From Mobula hypostoma (taxonomy: Eukaryota): 64,000 nt of DNA. The translations under genes were made by a program, and so were the position numbers. The stretch is from NCBI RefSeq assembly GCF_963921235.1, contig NC_086097.1, positions 150,166,001-150,230,000 on the forward strand, given 5' to 3'. The notes below the pieces were generated by a model. The model saw only the letters and a program-made list of their open reading frames with translations, ran no database searches and was not told the DNA's origin. Of the stretch, positions 1 through 12,358 are shown piece by piece (position 1 is the stretch's first letter; every line of letters begins with the position of its first letter).

Positions 1-5
1 TAAAA

Positions 6-1701
6 ACAAACACGAGGAAATCTGCAGGTGCTGGAAATTCAAGCAACACACACAAAATGCTGGTGAATGCAGCAGGCGAGGCAGCACCTATTGGAAGAGG
101 TACAGTCAACGCTTCGGGCTGAGACCCTTCATCAGGACTAACAAAGAAGAGATAGTAAGAGATTTGAAAGTGGGAGGGGAGGGATGGAGCTAAGAACTGG
201 AAAGTTGATTGGCAAAAGGGATACAAGGCTGGAGAAGGGAGAGGATCATGGGATGGGAGGAGAGGAACACCAGAGGAAGATGGAGAGCAGGCAAGGAGTT
301 GTAGTGAGAGGGACAGAGGGAGAAAAATAAGAAATAGGAAAAAAATAATAAAGAAGGAATGGGGTAAGAAGGGGAGGAGGGGCATTAACAAGTCAATGTT
401 CATGCCATCAGGTTGGAAGCTACCCAGACAGAATACAAGGTGTTGTTCCTCCAACCTGGGTGTGGCTTCATCTTGACAGTAGAGGAGGCCATGGATAGAC
501 GTATCAGAAAGGGAATGGGACGTGTGACCACTGGGAGATCCTGCTTTCTCTGGTGGACAGAGCGTAGGTGTTCAGCAAAACGGTCTCCCAGTCTGCGTCG
601 GGTCTCGTCAATATACTGAAGGCCGCACTGGGAGCACCGGACGCAGTATATCACCCCAGCCGACTCCCGACTCACAGGTGAAGTGTCGCCTCACTTGGAA
701 GGACTGTCTGGGGCCCTGATTGGTGGTGAGGGAGGAAGTGTAAGGGCATGTGTAGCACTTGTTCTGCTTACAAGGATAAGTGCTGAGAGGGAGATCGGTG
801 GAAAGGGATGTGGGGGGGGGGGGAATTCGCTGAACACCTACGCTCTGTCCACCAGACTTTCATCTCTCTTCCCCCCCCCCATCCCTTCCCACCGATCTCC
901 CGCCCAGCACTTATCCTTGTAAGCAGAACAAGTGCTACACATGCCCTTATACTTCCTCCCTCACCACCATTCAGGGTCCCAGACAGTCCTTCCAGGTGAG
1001 GCGACACTTCACCTGTGAGTCGGCTGGCATGATGTACTGCGTCTGGTGCTCCCGGTGCGACCTTCGATATATTGGCAAGACCTGAAGCAGACTGGGAGAC
1101 TGTTTCGCTGAACACCTACCTTCTGTTCACCAGAGAAAGCAGGATCTCCCAGTGGCCACACATTTTAATTCCACATCCCATTCCCATTCTGACATGTCTA
1201 TCCACGGCCTCCTCTACTGTCAAGATGAAGCCACACTCAGGTTAGAGGAACAACACCTTATATTCTGTCTGGGTAGCCTCCAACCTGATGGCATGAACAT
1301 TGACTTCTCTAACTTCTGCTAATGCCCTTCCTCCCCTTCTTGCCCTATCTCTTATTTATTTTCCCTTTTTCTCTTTTTTTCTCCTGTCCCCCTCTCACTA
1401 ACTCCTTGACTGCTCTCCATCTTCCTCTGGTGTTCCTCTCCTCCTATCCCATGATCCTCTCCCTTCTCCAGCCTTGTATCCCTTTTGCCAATCAACTTTC
1501 CAGCTCTTAGCTTCATCCCTCCCCCTCCTGTCTTCTCCTATCATTTCGGATCTCCCTCTCCCCCTCCCCCTTTCAAATCTCTTACTATCTCTTCTTTCAG
1601 TTAGTCCTGACAAAGGGTCTCGCCCCAAAACGTCGACTGTGCCTCTTCCTATAGATGCTGCCTGACCTCTTGCGTTCCACCAGCATTTTGTGTGTGTTGC
1701 T
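6..1701. mobile_element. Penelope-like element (PLE), tail-out inverted pair of 3' fragments (GIY-YIG end plus terminus)
   Basis: Minus arm 6-~822 encodes CESAGVIYCVRCSQCGLQYI..ETRRRLGDRFAEHLRSV (GIY-YIG endonuclease). Plus arm ~826-1701 is its reverse complement. Confidence 0.9.
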
Positions 1702-1839
1702 TTATTTATCTTTACTTTGTCATTGTTACCATCTTCAGTTGCTTTCTTAAGAGATTTTCCAAATTTAGCATAGGGTTTGCAACTGTAATTTTGTAGCTCA
1801 TTAAAATGTATGAACAGTAGATAGAAGCTTTTACTGGAT

Positions 1840-1990
1840 AGTGAAGCTTCCTTCACTATGCTATCAGAAATTGGAACAGCCTTCCAGATGTTGTGATTGG
1901 AAACATCTGTGACGATGGGGTCCAAGCCTTCAAGAGTCAAGTGCACAAACACCTATCATCTCTGGGAGGGAAGTCGCATGCCTCTTCATA
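1840..1990 (+). mobile_element. Decayed 3' end of an L2/CR1-group LINE
   Basis: Translates SFLHYAIRNWNSLPDVVI..VQAFKSQVHKHL, resembling the WNxLP..FK C-terminus of CR1/L2-group ORF2. Confidence 0.5.
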
Positions 1991-3229
1991 AGCTATCGTG
2001 AAGGGGAACAGGTTGGCAATGCTTGGTTGTTGGCAGGTAAGGTTAATACCTGATGTTCAAGAGCACTTGTGAGTTATGTTCTGGCTGGACTTGGTCCTTA
2101 AACTGCTGGAGAACAGTGCGGAAAGAACAGGTGCTGTTTTCTCCTGGAAGGGATTAATTTTTTGTTCCAAGTGATCCAGCCACGTTTTGACACCCTGCAA
2201 CCTTGTCCTTCAATCTCTTTGAATTATAGAGGACAGCATATGTATGAATGTCTCTCTCCAGCGGACTTCATGATCATCATGACTCCAGTATTTCTATTAT
2301 TTTTTAATGCTGCTTAATTGTACCTATCATTTTTTTGTGTTCTATCTCTGAGCAGCAGTGACCCATTTGATTGGCCTATCGGTTCTGTTTGGGAACTAGT
2401 TGACTTGATCAGTATTTCTGATCTGGCTATTGTTCATGATTGCACTGAATAAAACAGTAATAAAATAGACAGCTCCATTTTATTCTTCAATCTGATTATC
2501 TAGTGGCTTATCTGCATCTTAACCTCTAACTCTTGGTATCCATCTCCAAGCTAAAACAAAAATCTGAAGGGTCTCAGCCTGAAACATTAACTGTTTATTC
2601 ATTTCCACAGATGCTGCCTGACTTGCTGAGATCCCCTAGCTGTGTGTGTGCGTACTGGTTTGGGTTTCCAGCATCTGCAGACCATCTTGTGTTTTTAAAT
2701 ATCTGCCTTGGTTTTGACATAATCAATTGAGCTAGTTCATAGCTTTTAGTGTGTTGTTTGGGGGGGGTGGGGTAGAGCTGAAAATGGTGGGACTTGGTAT
2801 GAATATGCATGCTTAATTGTAGAACTTAAATGCAGGCTGCAAAGTTCACATGGGGGAAAATCATACATAAGATCTTGAACACCACAGCTCCTCTTTATTC
2901 TTAACTTCTGTCTGATTTAAATCATTTATCTCCATTCATCTACTTAAAAACCAACTGCGTGGGAATCCTAAAAGCACATTCTGCAGAAATTTCCATCGCA
3001 TTGACAGATATTTATGGTCTCTAATTTGAAGGAAGTGTAAATTACTTGTCAAAAGCTGTCCACAATTCATCTATTCTGGAGATGGCAACCTAGTGTAAAA
3101 TACCTCGCCTGCGTTGTACAGTGATACTAATCATCAAGACAAAGGGAATGATTTTGTCGTTAACTATTGCCACATTCTACTTGATATATGAATTCCAAAT
3201 AAATTCACTGATGCCAAAAAAAACAAATT

Positions 3230-4730
3230 TCATAAGACCATAAGACAAAGGAGCAGAAGTAGGCCATTCGGCCCATTGAGTCTGCTCTGCCATTTTAATC
3301 ATGAGCTGATCCATTCTCCCATTTAGTCCCACTCCCCTGCCTTCTCACCATAACCTTTGATGCCCTGGCTACTCAGATACCTATCAGTCTCTGCCTTAAA
3401 TACACCCAATGACTTGGCCTCCACTGCTGCCCATGGCAACAAATTCCATAGATTCACCACCCTCTGACTAAAAAAATTTCTTCATTTCTGTTCTGAATGG
3501 GCGCCCTTCAATCCTTAAGTCATGCCCTCTCATACTAGACTCCCCCATCATGGGAAACAACTTTGCCACATCCACTCTGTCCATGCCTTTCAACATTCAA
3601 AATGTTTCTGAGGTCTCCCCTCATTCTTCTAAACTCCAAGGAATACAGTCCAAGAGCGGACAAACGTTCCTCATATGTTAACCCTCTCATTCCTGGAATC
3701 ATTCTAGTGAATCTTCTCTGTACCCTCTCCAACGTCAGCACATCTTTTCTTAAATAAGGAGACCAAAACTGCCCACAGTACTCCAAGTGAGGTCTCACCA
3801 GCGCCTTATAGAGCCTCAACATCACATCCCTGCCCCTATACTCTATTCCTCTAGAAATGAATGCCAACATTGCATTCGCCTTCTTCACTACTGACTCAAC
3901 CTGGAGGTTAACTTTAAGGGTATCCTATATGAGGACTCCCAAGTCCCGTTGCATCTCAGAACTTTGAATTCTTTCCCCATTTAAATAATAGTCTGCCTGT
4001 TTATTTTTTCTGCCAAAGTGCATAACCATACACTTTCCAACATTGTACTTAATTGCCACTTCTCTGCCCATTCTTCCAATCTATCCAAGTCTCTCTGCAG
4101 ACTCTGTTTCCTCAGCACTACCAGCCCCTCCACCTATCTTCATATCATCTGCAAACTTAGACACAAAGCCATCTATTCCATAATCCAAATCGTTGATGTA
4201 CAATGTAAAAAGAAGCGGCCCCAACATGGACCCCTGTGGAACACCACTGGTAACCGGCAGCCAACCAGAATAGGATCCCTTTATTCCCACTCTCTGTTTC
4301 CTGCCAATCAGCCAACGCTCTATCCACGTATGTAACTTTCCTGTAATTCCATGGGCTCTTATCTTGTTAAGTAGCCTCGTGTTGCACCTTGTCAAAGGCC
4401 TCTGAAAATCCAAATATACAACATCCACTGCATCTCCCTTGTCTAGCCTACTGGTAATTTCCTCAAAAAAATTGTAATAGATTGTCAGGCAGGATGTTCC
4501 TTTAAGAAATCCATGCTGAGTTCTGCCTATCTTGTCATATGCCTCCAGGTACTCTCACCTCATCCTTGACAATCGACTCCAACAACTTCCCAACCACCGA
4601 TGTCAAGCTAGCAGGTCTATAAATTCTTTTTTGCTTCCTTGCTCCCTTCTTAAATAGTGGAGTGACATTTGCAATCTTCCAGTCCTCCGGAACCATGCCA
4701 GAATCTATCGACTTTTGAAAAATCATCGCT
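3230..4730 (-). mobile_element. CR1 (HER1-like) LINE, 5'-truncated
   Basis: RT motifs DVVYLDFQ, SGVPQGSMLGPLLF, YINDL, KFADD; C-terminal LYKALVRPHLEYC; hairpin plus (CTTATGGT)-type tail at the left end. Confidence 0.93.
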
Positions 4731-5116
4731 CATGACCTCTGTGGGTGTTGATAAATAAATGCAATCTTGTCTTGGGGTTTGGAGGCTTTCATGCCTCAGG
4801 CTACGGCCACACTAGATCAGATAAATCTGTAACCGAAGCTTTCTCTCTTCGTTTTGACCCTCCGTCCACACTGGAACGGTGTTTTTCTCCCCCAAAAACA
4901 GAGCTTTTCTAAAACATTCTTCAGAGTGTTTAAATCTGAAAATGCTGGTTGGGCGTTGTAGTGTATATGGGGTATCCGGCTAATTTTAAAACCGCTGTCA
5001 TGACGAGCCGGAATAAATGGTGGCAGCAGCACGGCATTTCATTGTTTTCTTGAATGCAACCTCCAGCACCACCACAATATCTGACAATAGATGTGTAACA
5101 GCCTAATGTAACATTG

Positions 5117-8100
5117 CAAACACGAGGAATTCTGCAGATGCTGGAGATTCAAGCAACACACATCAAAGTTGCTGGTGAACACAGCAGGACACGCAGCATC
5201 TCCAGGAAGAGGTACAGTCGATGTTTCAGGTGGAGGCCCTTCGTCAAGACTAACTGAAGAAAGAGCTAGTAAGATTTAAAAGTGTGAGGCGGATGGGGAG
5301 ACCCAAAATGATTGGAGAAGACAGGAGGGGGAGGGATGGAGCCAAGAGCTGGACAGGTGATGGGCAAAAGGGGATACGAGAGGATCATGGGACAGGAGGC
5401 CCAGGGAGAAAGAAAAGGGGGAGGGGGGGAACCCAGAGGATGGGCAAGGGGTATAGTTAGAGAGACAGAGGGACAAAAAGGAGAGTGAGAGAAAGAATGT
5501 GTGTATATATAAATAACAGATGGGGTATGAGGGGGAGGTGGGGAATTAGTGGAAGTTAGAGAAGTCATTGTTCATGCCATCAGGTTGGAGGCTACCCAGA
5601 TGGAATATAAGATGTTGTTCCTCCAACCTGAGTGTGGCTTCATCTTTACAGTAGAGGAGGCTGTGGATAGACATATCAGAATGGGATGTGGAATTGAAAT
5701 GTGTGGCCACTGGGAGATCCTGCTTTCTCTGGCGGACAGAGTGTAGGTGTTCAGCAAAGCCGTCTCCCAGTCTGCGTTGGGTCTCGCCAATATATAAAAG
5801 GCCACATCAGGAGCACCAGACGCAGTTTATCACCCCAGCCAACTCACAGGTGAAGTTTCGCCTCACCTGGAAGGACTGTCTGGGGCCCTGAATGGTGGTG
5901 AGGGAGGAAGTGTAAGGGCATGTGTAGCACTTGTTCTGCTTACAAGGATAAGTGCCAGGAGGGAGATCAGTGGGGAGGGATGGGGGGTGGGGGCGGACGA
6001 ATGGACAAGGGAGTTGCGAAGGGAGCGATCCTTGCGGAAAGTGGGGGGGGGGGGAGTGAAGAGATGTGCTTAGTGGTGGGATCCTGTTGGAGGTGGCGGA
6101 AGTTACGGAGAATAATATGTTGGACCCGGAGGCTGGTGGGGTGGTAGGTGAGGACCAGGGGAACCCTATTCCAGTGGGGTGACAGGAGGAGGGAGTGAGA
6201 GCAGAAGTGTGTGAAATGGGGGAGATGCGTTTGAGAGCAGGGTTGATGGTGGAGGAAGGGAAGCCCGTTTCTTTAAAAAAAGGAGGACATCTCCCTCGTC
6301 CTGGAATGAAAAGCCTCATCCTGAGAGCAGATGCGGCGGAGACGGAGGAATTGCGAGAAGGGGATGGCATTTTTGCAAAAGACAGGGTGAGAAGAGGAAT
6401 AGTCCAGATAGCTGTGAGAGTCAGTAGGCTCATAGGAGACATCGGTAGATAAGCTGTCTCCAGAGATAGAGAGAAAAAGATGTAGAAAGGGGAGGGAGGT
6501 GTCGGAAATGGACCAGGTAAACTTGAGGGCAGGGTGAAAGTTGGAGGCAAAGTTAATGAAGTCAACGAGCTCAGCATGCGTGCAGGAAGCAGCGCCAATG
6601 CTGCCGTCGATGTAGCGAAGGAAAAATGGGGGACAGATACCAGAATACGTGTGGAACATAGATTGTTCCACAAAGCCAACAAAAAGACAGGCATAGCTTG
6701 GACCCATACGGGTGCCCATAGCTACACCTTTAGTTTGGAGGAAGTGGGAAGAGCCAAAGGGGAAATAATTATTGGCGCTGCTTCCTGCACGCATGCTGAC
6801 TTTATTAACTTTGCCTCCAACTTTCACCCTGCCCTCAAGTTTACCTGGTCCATTTCCGACACCTCCCTCCCCTTTCTACATCTTTCTGTCTATCTCTGGA
6901 GACAGCTTATCTACTGATGTCTACTATAAGCCTACTAACTCTCACAGCTATCTGGACTATTCCCCTGCTAACCCTGTCTCTTGCAAAAACGCCATCCCCT
7001 TCTTGCAATTCCTCCGTCTCCACAGCATCTGCTCTCAGGATGAGGCTTTTCATTCCAGGACGAGGGAGATGTCCTTTTTTTTTTAAAGAAAGGGGCTTCC
7101 CTTCCTTCACCATCAACCCTGCTCTCAAACACATCTCCCCATTTCACACACTTCTGCTCTCACTCCATCCTCCTGTCACCCCACTAGGAATAGGGTTCCC
7201 CTGGTCCTCACCTACCACCCCATCAGCCTCCGGGTCCAACATATTATTCTCGGTAACTTCCGCCACCTCCAACGGGATCCCACCACTAAGCACATCTTTC
7301 CCTCCCCACCCCCGCCCCCCCACTTTCCACAAGGATTGCTCCCTACGTGACTCCCTTGTCCATTCGTTTCCCCATCCCTCCCCACTGATCTCCCTCCTGG
7401 CACTTATCCATGTAAGCGGAACAAGTGCTACACATGCCCTTACACTTCCTCCCTTACCACCATTCAGGGCCCCAGACAGTTCTTCCAGGTGAGGTGACAC
7501 TTCCTGTGAGTCGGCTGGGGTGATGTACCGCGTCCAGTGCTCCCAATGTGGCCTTCAATATACTGACGAGACCTGACGCAGACTGGGAGATCATTTTGCT
7601 GAACCCCTATGCTCTGTTCGCCAGAGAAAACAGGATCTCCCAGTGGCACGCATTTTAATTCCACATCCATTCCCATTCTGATATGTCTATCCACGGCCTC
7701 TTCTACTGTAAAGATGAAACCACACTCGGGTTGGAGGAACAACGCCTTGTATTCCGTCTGGGCAGCCTCCAACCTGATGGCATGAACATTGACTTCTCTA
7801 ACTTCTGCTAATGCCCCACCTCCCCCTTGTACCCCATCTGTTATTTATTTATATACACATATTCTTTCTCTCACTCTCCTTTTTCTCCCTCTGTCCCTCT
7901 GACTATACCTTGCCCATCCTCTTGGTTGCCCCCCCCTTCCTTCTCCCTGGGCCTCCTGTCCCATGATCCTCTCATATCCCCTTTGCCAATCACCTGTCCA
8001 GCTCTTGGCTCCATCCCTCCCCCTCCTGTCTTCTCCTATCATTTTGGATCTCCCCCTCTGCCTCCCACTTTCAAATCTCTTACTAACTCTTCTTTCAGTT

Positions 8101-8200
8101 AGTCCTGATGAAGGGTCTCGGCTTGAAACGTTGACTGTACCTCTTCCTAGAAATGCTGCCTGGTCTGCTGCCTTCACCGGCAACTTTGATGTGTGTTCCT
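5117..8200. mobile_element. PLE, tail-out inverted insertion with RT and GIY-YIG remnants
   Basis: PLE RT motifs FLQTKGVAMGTRMGPSYACLF, FLRYIDG (decayed YIDD), FHPALKFT..SLPFL. Arms 5117-6599 (-) and 6771-8197 (+). TSD TAATGTAACATTG at 5104-5116 and 8201-8213. Confidence 0.93.
8101..8136 (+). ncRNA. Minimal type-I hammerhead ribozyme motif (PLE terminus)
   Basis: AGTC-CTGATGA-AGGGTCTCGGCTT-GAAA-CG-TT-GACT: stem I AGTC/GACT, CUGANGA and GAAA cores, GUU cleavage triplet. Confidence 0.75.
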
Positions 8201-8412
8201 TAATGTAACATTGTATGGAAATACAAGATAACACTGATGCAGACATGTTTTATACATTTAACAAGGTGCTTTATTAATGTATTGCTTGTGCAAACATTCA
8301 ATAGATGCAATTGTCACTTTTACCCAGTAACTTGTTTTATTGCACATGTTAAATACAGCAAAATAATACACAAAGACATGGCAAAAGTAAAGACAAACAA
8401 ATGAAGTAACAG

Positions 8413-9539
8413 TAAACAACAAGAATTCTGCAGATGCTGGAAGTTCAAGCAACACACATCAAAGTTGCTGGTGAACGCAGCAGGCCAGGCAGCATATCTA
8501 GGAAGAGGTACAGTCGACGTTTCAGGCCGAGACCCTTCGTCAAGACTAACTGAAGGAAGAGTGAGTAAGGGATTTGAAAGCTGGAGGGGGAGGGGGAGAT
8601 GCAAAATGATAGGAGAAGACAGGAGGGGGAGGGATAGAGCCGAGAGCTGGACAGGTGATAGGCAAAAGGGGATACGAGAGGATCATGGGACAGGAGGTCC
8701 GGGAAGAAAGACGGGGGGGGAGGTGACCCAGAGGATGGGCAAGAGGTATATTCAGAGGGACAGAGGGAGAAAAAGGAGAGTGAGAGAAAGAATGTGTGTA
8801 TAAAAATGAGTAACAGATGGGGTACGAGGGGGAGGTGGGGCCTTAGTGGAAGTTAGAGAAGTCGATGTTCATGCCATCAGGTTGGAGGCTACCCAGACGG
8901 AATATAAGGTGTTGTTCCTCCAACCTGAGTGTGGCTTCATCTCTGTCCGCCAGAGAAAGCAGGATCTCCCAGTGGCCACACATTTAATTCCACATCCCAT
9001 TCCCATTCTGACATGTCTATCCACGGCCTCCTCTACTGTAAAGATGAAGCCACACTCAGCTTGGAGGAACAACACCTTGTATTCCGTCTGGGTAGCCTCC
9101 AACCTGATGGCATGAACATCGACTTCTCTAACTTCCGCTAAGGCCCCACCTCCCCCTCGTACCCCATCTGTTACTTATTTTTATGCACACATTCTTTCTC
9201 TCACTCTCCTTTTTCTCCCTCTGTCCCTCTGAATATACCTCTTGCCCATCCTCTGGGTCTCTTCCCGCCCCCCCGTCTTTCTTCCCGGACCTCCTGTCCC
9301 ATGATCCCCTCGTATCCCCTTTTGCCTATCATCTGTCCAGCTCTTGGCTCTATCCCTCCCCCCTCCTGTCTTCTCCTATCATTTTGGATCTCCCCCTCCC
9401 CCTCCAACTTTCAAATCCTTACTCACTCTTCCTTCAGTTAGTCCTGACGAAGGGTCTCGGCCTGAAACGTCAACTGCACCTCTTCCTACAGATGCTGCCT
9501 GGCCTGCTGCGTTCACCAGCAACTTTGATGTGTGTTGCT
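8413..9539. mobile_element. PLE, tail-out inverted insertion (~1.1 kb)
   Basis: Arms ~8413-8941 (-) and ~8942-9539 (+). TSD TGAAGTAACAG at 8402-8412 and 9540-9550. Confidence 0.92.
9440..9475 (+). ncRNA. Minimal type-I hammerhead ribozyme motif (PLE terminus)
   Basis: AGTC-CTGACGA-AGGGTCTCGGCCT-GAAA-CG-TC-AACT; intact core, one stem-I mismatch. Confidence 0.7.
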
Positions 9540-9727
9540 TGAAGTAACAGCAAATTTCACTTTTGCCCAGTAATAAGCCTTATTGCATTTAGTTGTAGCT
9601 GTCATCCCTTTCATCAGTGAAGAGACTATGGCTGTAGGAGATGTTTCTGGACAAACACACACCAAGTATACAGTTTCCTCTTTACTTGTTTTCTGTGTGT
9701 CCTGCACATGCCCAGTAGGAGGAGATT

Positions 9728-11573
9728 AGCAAACTTGCTGATGACACAAAGCTGGGTGGCAGTGTGAAATGTGAGGAGGATGTTATGAGAATGCAGGGTG
9801 ACTTGGACAGGCTGGGTGAGTGGGCAGATGCAGTTTAATGTGGATAAATGTGAGGGAAGGCAGGTTATTACTTAAATGGAGTCAAGTTAGGAAAAGGGGA
9901 AGCACAATGAGATCTAGGTGTTCCTGTACATCAGTCACTGAAAGCAAGCATGCAAGTACAGCAGGCAGTGAAAAAAGCTAATAGCATGCTGGCCTTCATG
10001 ACAAGGGGAATTGAGTATAAGAGCAAAGAGGTCCTTCTGCAGCTGTACAGGGCCCTGGTGAGACCACACCTGGAGTACTGTGTGCAGTTTTGGTCTCCAA
10101 ATTTGAGGAAGGAATTCTTGTTATTGAGGGAGTGCAGTGTAGGTTCATAAGGTTAATTTCGGGGATGGCGGGACTGTCATATGTCGAAAGATTGGAGTGA
10201 CTGGGCTTGTATACTCTGGAATTTAGAAGGCTGAGAGGGGATCTTGTTGAAACATACAAGATTATTAAGGGATTGAACGCGCTGGAGGCAGGAAGCATGT
10301 TCCCGCTGATGGGTGAGTCCAGAACCAGAGGCCACAGTTTAAGAATTGGGGGTAGGCCATTTAGAATGGAGTTGAGGGAAAAACTTTTTCACCCAGAGAG
10401 TGGTGGATATACCGAATGCTTTGCCCCAGAAGGCTGTGGAGGGCAAGTCTCTGGATGCTTTCAAAAAAGAGATGAATAGAGCTCTTAAAGATAGCGGAAT
10501 CAAAGGGTATGGGGATAACCTTTAAAATACAGGTTGTATCCGGCCGGTTGTGCATGCAGCCTGTTACAGCCGTTCCAGACTAGTATTCTTACTTTTTTCT
10601 TCTTACCTTGTAACTTGCGTTATGTTTTATATTTTCTCTTTGCACGGTAACACGTCGAAGCTGCACCCTTGGGTTTTTAGTGCTGGAAATAGTTACATTC
10701 CAACACGTCTCATTAGCGGGACAGAAGCATGGTAGCATTGTGTATTCCAGAGACCAGCTGATTGAGCTTATGCTGGCCGGTTTAGCGAGCAGAGCGGCGG
10801 ACATCCCTGCTGAAATCTGGAGGAAAACACAGAGGATGCAGAGGGGGATCACAAAGTCGAGGAAAGAGGACTGGGTCGAGACAACAGAGACTTATGGAGA
10901 AAAGGAGTGCGGTGGGTAATAAAATGGACGAGTTCACGGCGCTAGCCAGGCGTCAGAGAACATTTCGGGAGTGCAGTGTTATGTGTTTCACTGGAACGGG
11001 GCTGCACAAGGACATACCCGATCAAAACTTCTCCATGGATGGCTTCCAGACCATTCAGGCTGACCAGAAGTGCACTGAGAGCGGTAAGCGTAAAGGAGTT
11101 GGGTGCTTACTGTTCTGGTTAATAACAGATGGTGCAATCCGGGTCATATTACGATCGAGGAACGTGTTTGTAGACCAGATATTGAACTTTTTGCTGTTGG
11201 ACTTCGGCCATATTCCACCGAGATACAACACTGGGCAGCCCGGGAGGTTGTTCCTGCCTGTGGCTATTGAACTTGCAGCTCCTCCTGTGGAGGGTCAGAC
11301 ACCCTGAGCCAATAGGCTGGTCCTGGACTTATTTTCCATCTGGCATAGTTTGCATTTTGTTTGATTGTTTGAGGTTTTTGTATTGCTATATTTATGCTCT
11401 ATTCTTGGTTGGTGCGGCTGTAACGAAACCCAATTTCCCTCTGGATCAATAAAGTATATCCATCTATCTATAAGGCAGGAACTGGATACTGATTGTGGAT
11501 GATCAGCCATGATCACAGTGAATGGCGGTGCTGGCTCGAAGGGCCGAATGGCCTACTCCACCTATTGTCTATT
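9728..11573 (+). mobile_element. CR1 LINE 3' fragment, interrupted by a Rex1-type element
   Basis: ANSMLAFMTRGIEYKSKEVLLQLYRALVRPHLEYC. The 3' UTR resumes at ~11471 with GGGCCGAATGGCCT and a CTATTGT tail. GAGATT occurs on both flanks. Confidence 0.9.
10519..11470 (+). mobile_element. Internally deleted Rex1/Babar-type LINE (5' end fused to 3' end)
   Basis: Endonuclease N-terminus NKMDEFTAL..FRECSVMCFT..GFQTIQADQ joins at ~11212 directly to a 3' end shared with 19840-20060 (CCCTGAGCCAATAGGCTGGTCC..GATCAATAAAGT). Confidence 0.8.
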
Positions 11574-12129
11574 GAGATTCGCCCAAATACCTGTTTTAAT
11601 GTGGACAGAGGTATTTTCAAAAACGTCAGGTGTGGATGCCTATCGTTTTTACGCGAAACTGGTGTTTTCAAAATTATCTGGTCTAGTATGGACGTAGCCC
11701 CAGTTATGTGGAGAACTATGTTGGCTGGAGTCGGCCTCGTGCTCTGGCTCTTGGTAAGGTCATCCATACTAAACAGGCCAATGGTGGATTCTAGACCAGG
11801 AGTGGTCCACCAGTGCTGCAGGTTTAGGGATTCAGCTCAGAGGGACCAATCCTGACTGGTCAAAATCCAATTGTTAGGGAAATGGCAACAAAGAATCCCT
11901 CTATACAGACAGGGATGGAGGACGTGCATTGTTGCCCTAAACAGCAGTGGCGTAAGTAAGCACTGTGAATTCCTAAGTGAGATTTAAGATTATATGGGAA
12001 TAGCTATACTTTCCGATGTGTATTGTCAACTTTATACCCTTTTCCAGTGACTGGGGGAAATCCAGCTTTTCTTCTCATTGGCAATTTAACTGTAAATTTG
12101 TTTTTAATTTGTATTTTCAATCTGAAGAT

Positions 12130-12358
12130 GCAGTATGGAATAAGCCCTTCTGGCCCTTTGACCTGTGCTGCCCAATAATTTAACCCTTACCTAATCACAG
12201 GACAAACTGCAACGACCAATTAACCTACCAATTGGTACATCTTTAGACTGGGGGAGGAAGCCAGAGCTTTCTTGCAGGGGATGCTGGAACTGAACTCTGA
12301 ACTCCACCCTGAGCTGTAATAGTGTCGCATGAGCTGCAACACTACCACGACGCTCACC
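12130..12358 (-). mobile_element. HE1/V-SINE-like SINE (decayed)
   Basis: Contains ACCAATTAACCTACC..TCTTTAGACTG, the reverse complement of the core at 32800-32835, with a CR1-like tail. Confidence 0.65.

Larger units (their letters stand above)
4799..11699. mobile_element. Non-autonomous Harbinger-like DNA transposon (~0.8 kb of its own sequence) expanded by four nested retroelements
   Basis: Left TIR GGCTACGGCCACACTAGATCAGATAA at 4799; right end reverse complement GGCTACGTCCATACTAGACCAGATAA ending at 11699; 3-bp flanks TCA/CCA. Confidence 0.75.

Noticed and set aside
5807..6694. 295-aa ORF and other long Pro/Ser-rich ORFs in PLE arms
   Set aside because: They are shifted-frame or antisense readings of frameshifted PLE RT/GIY-YIG sequence, not genes.
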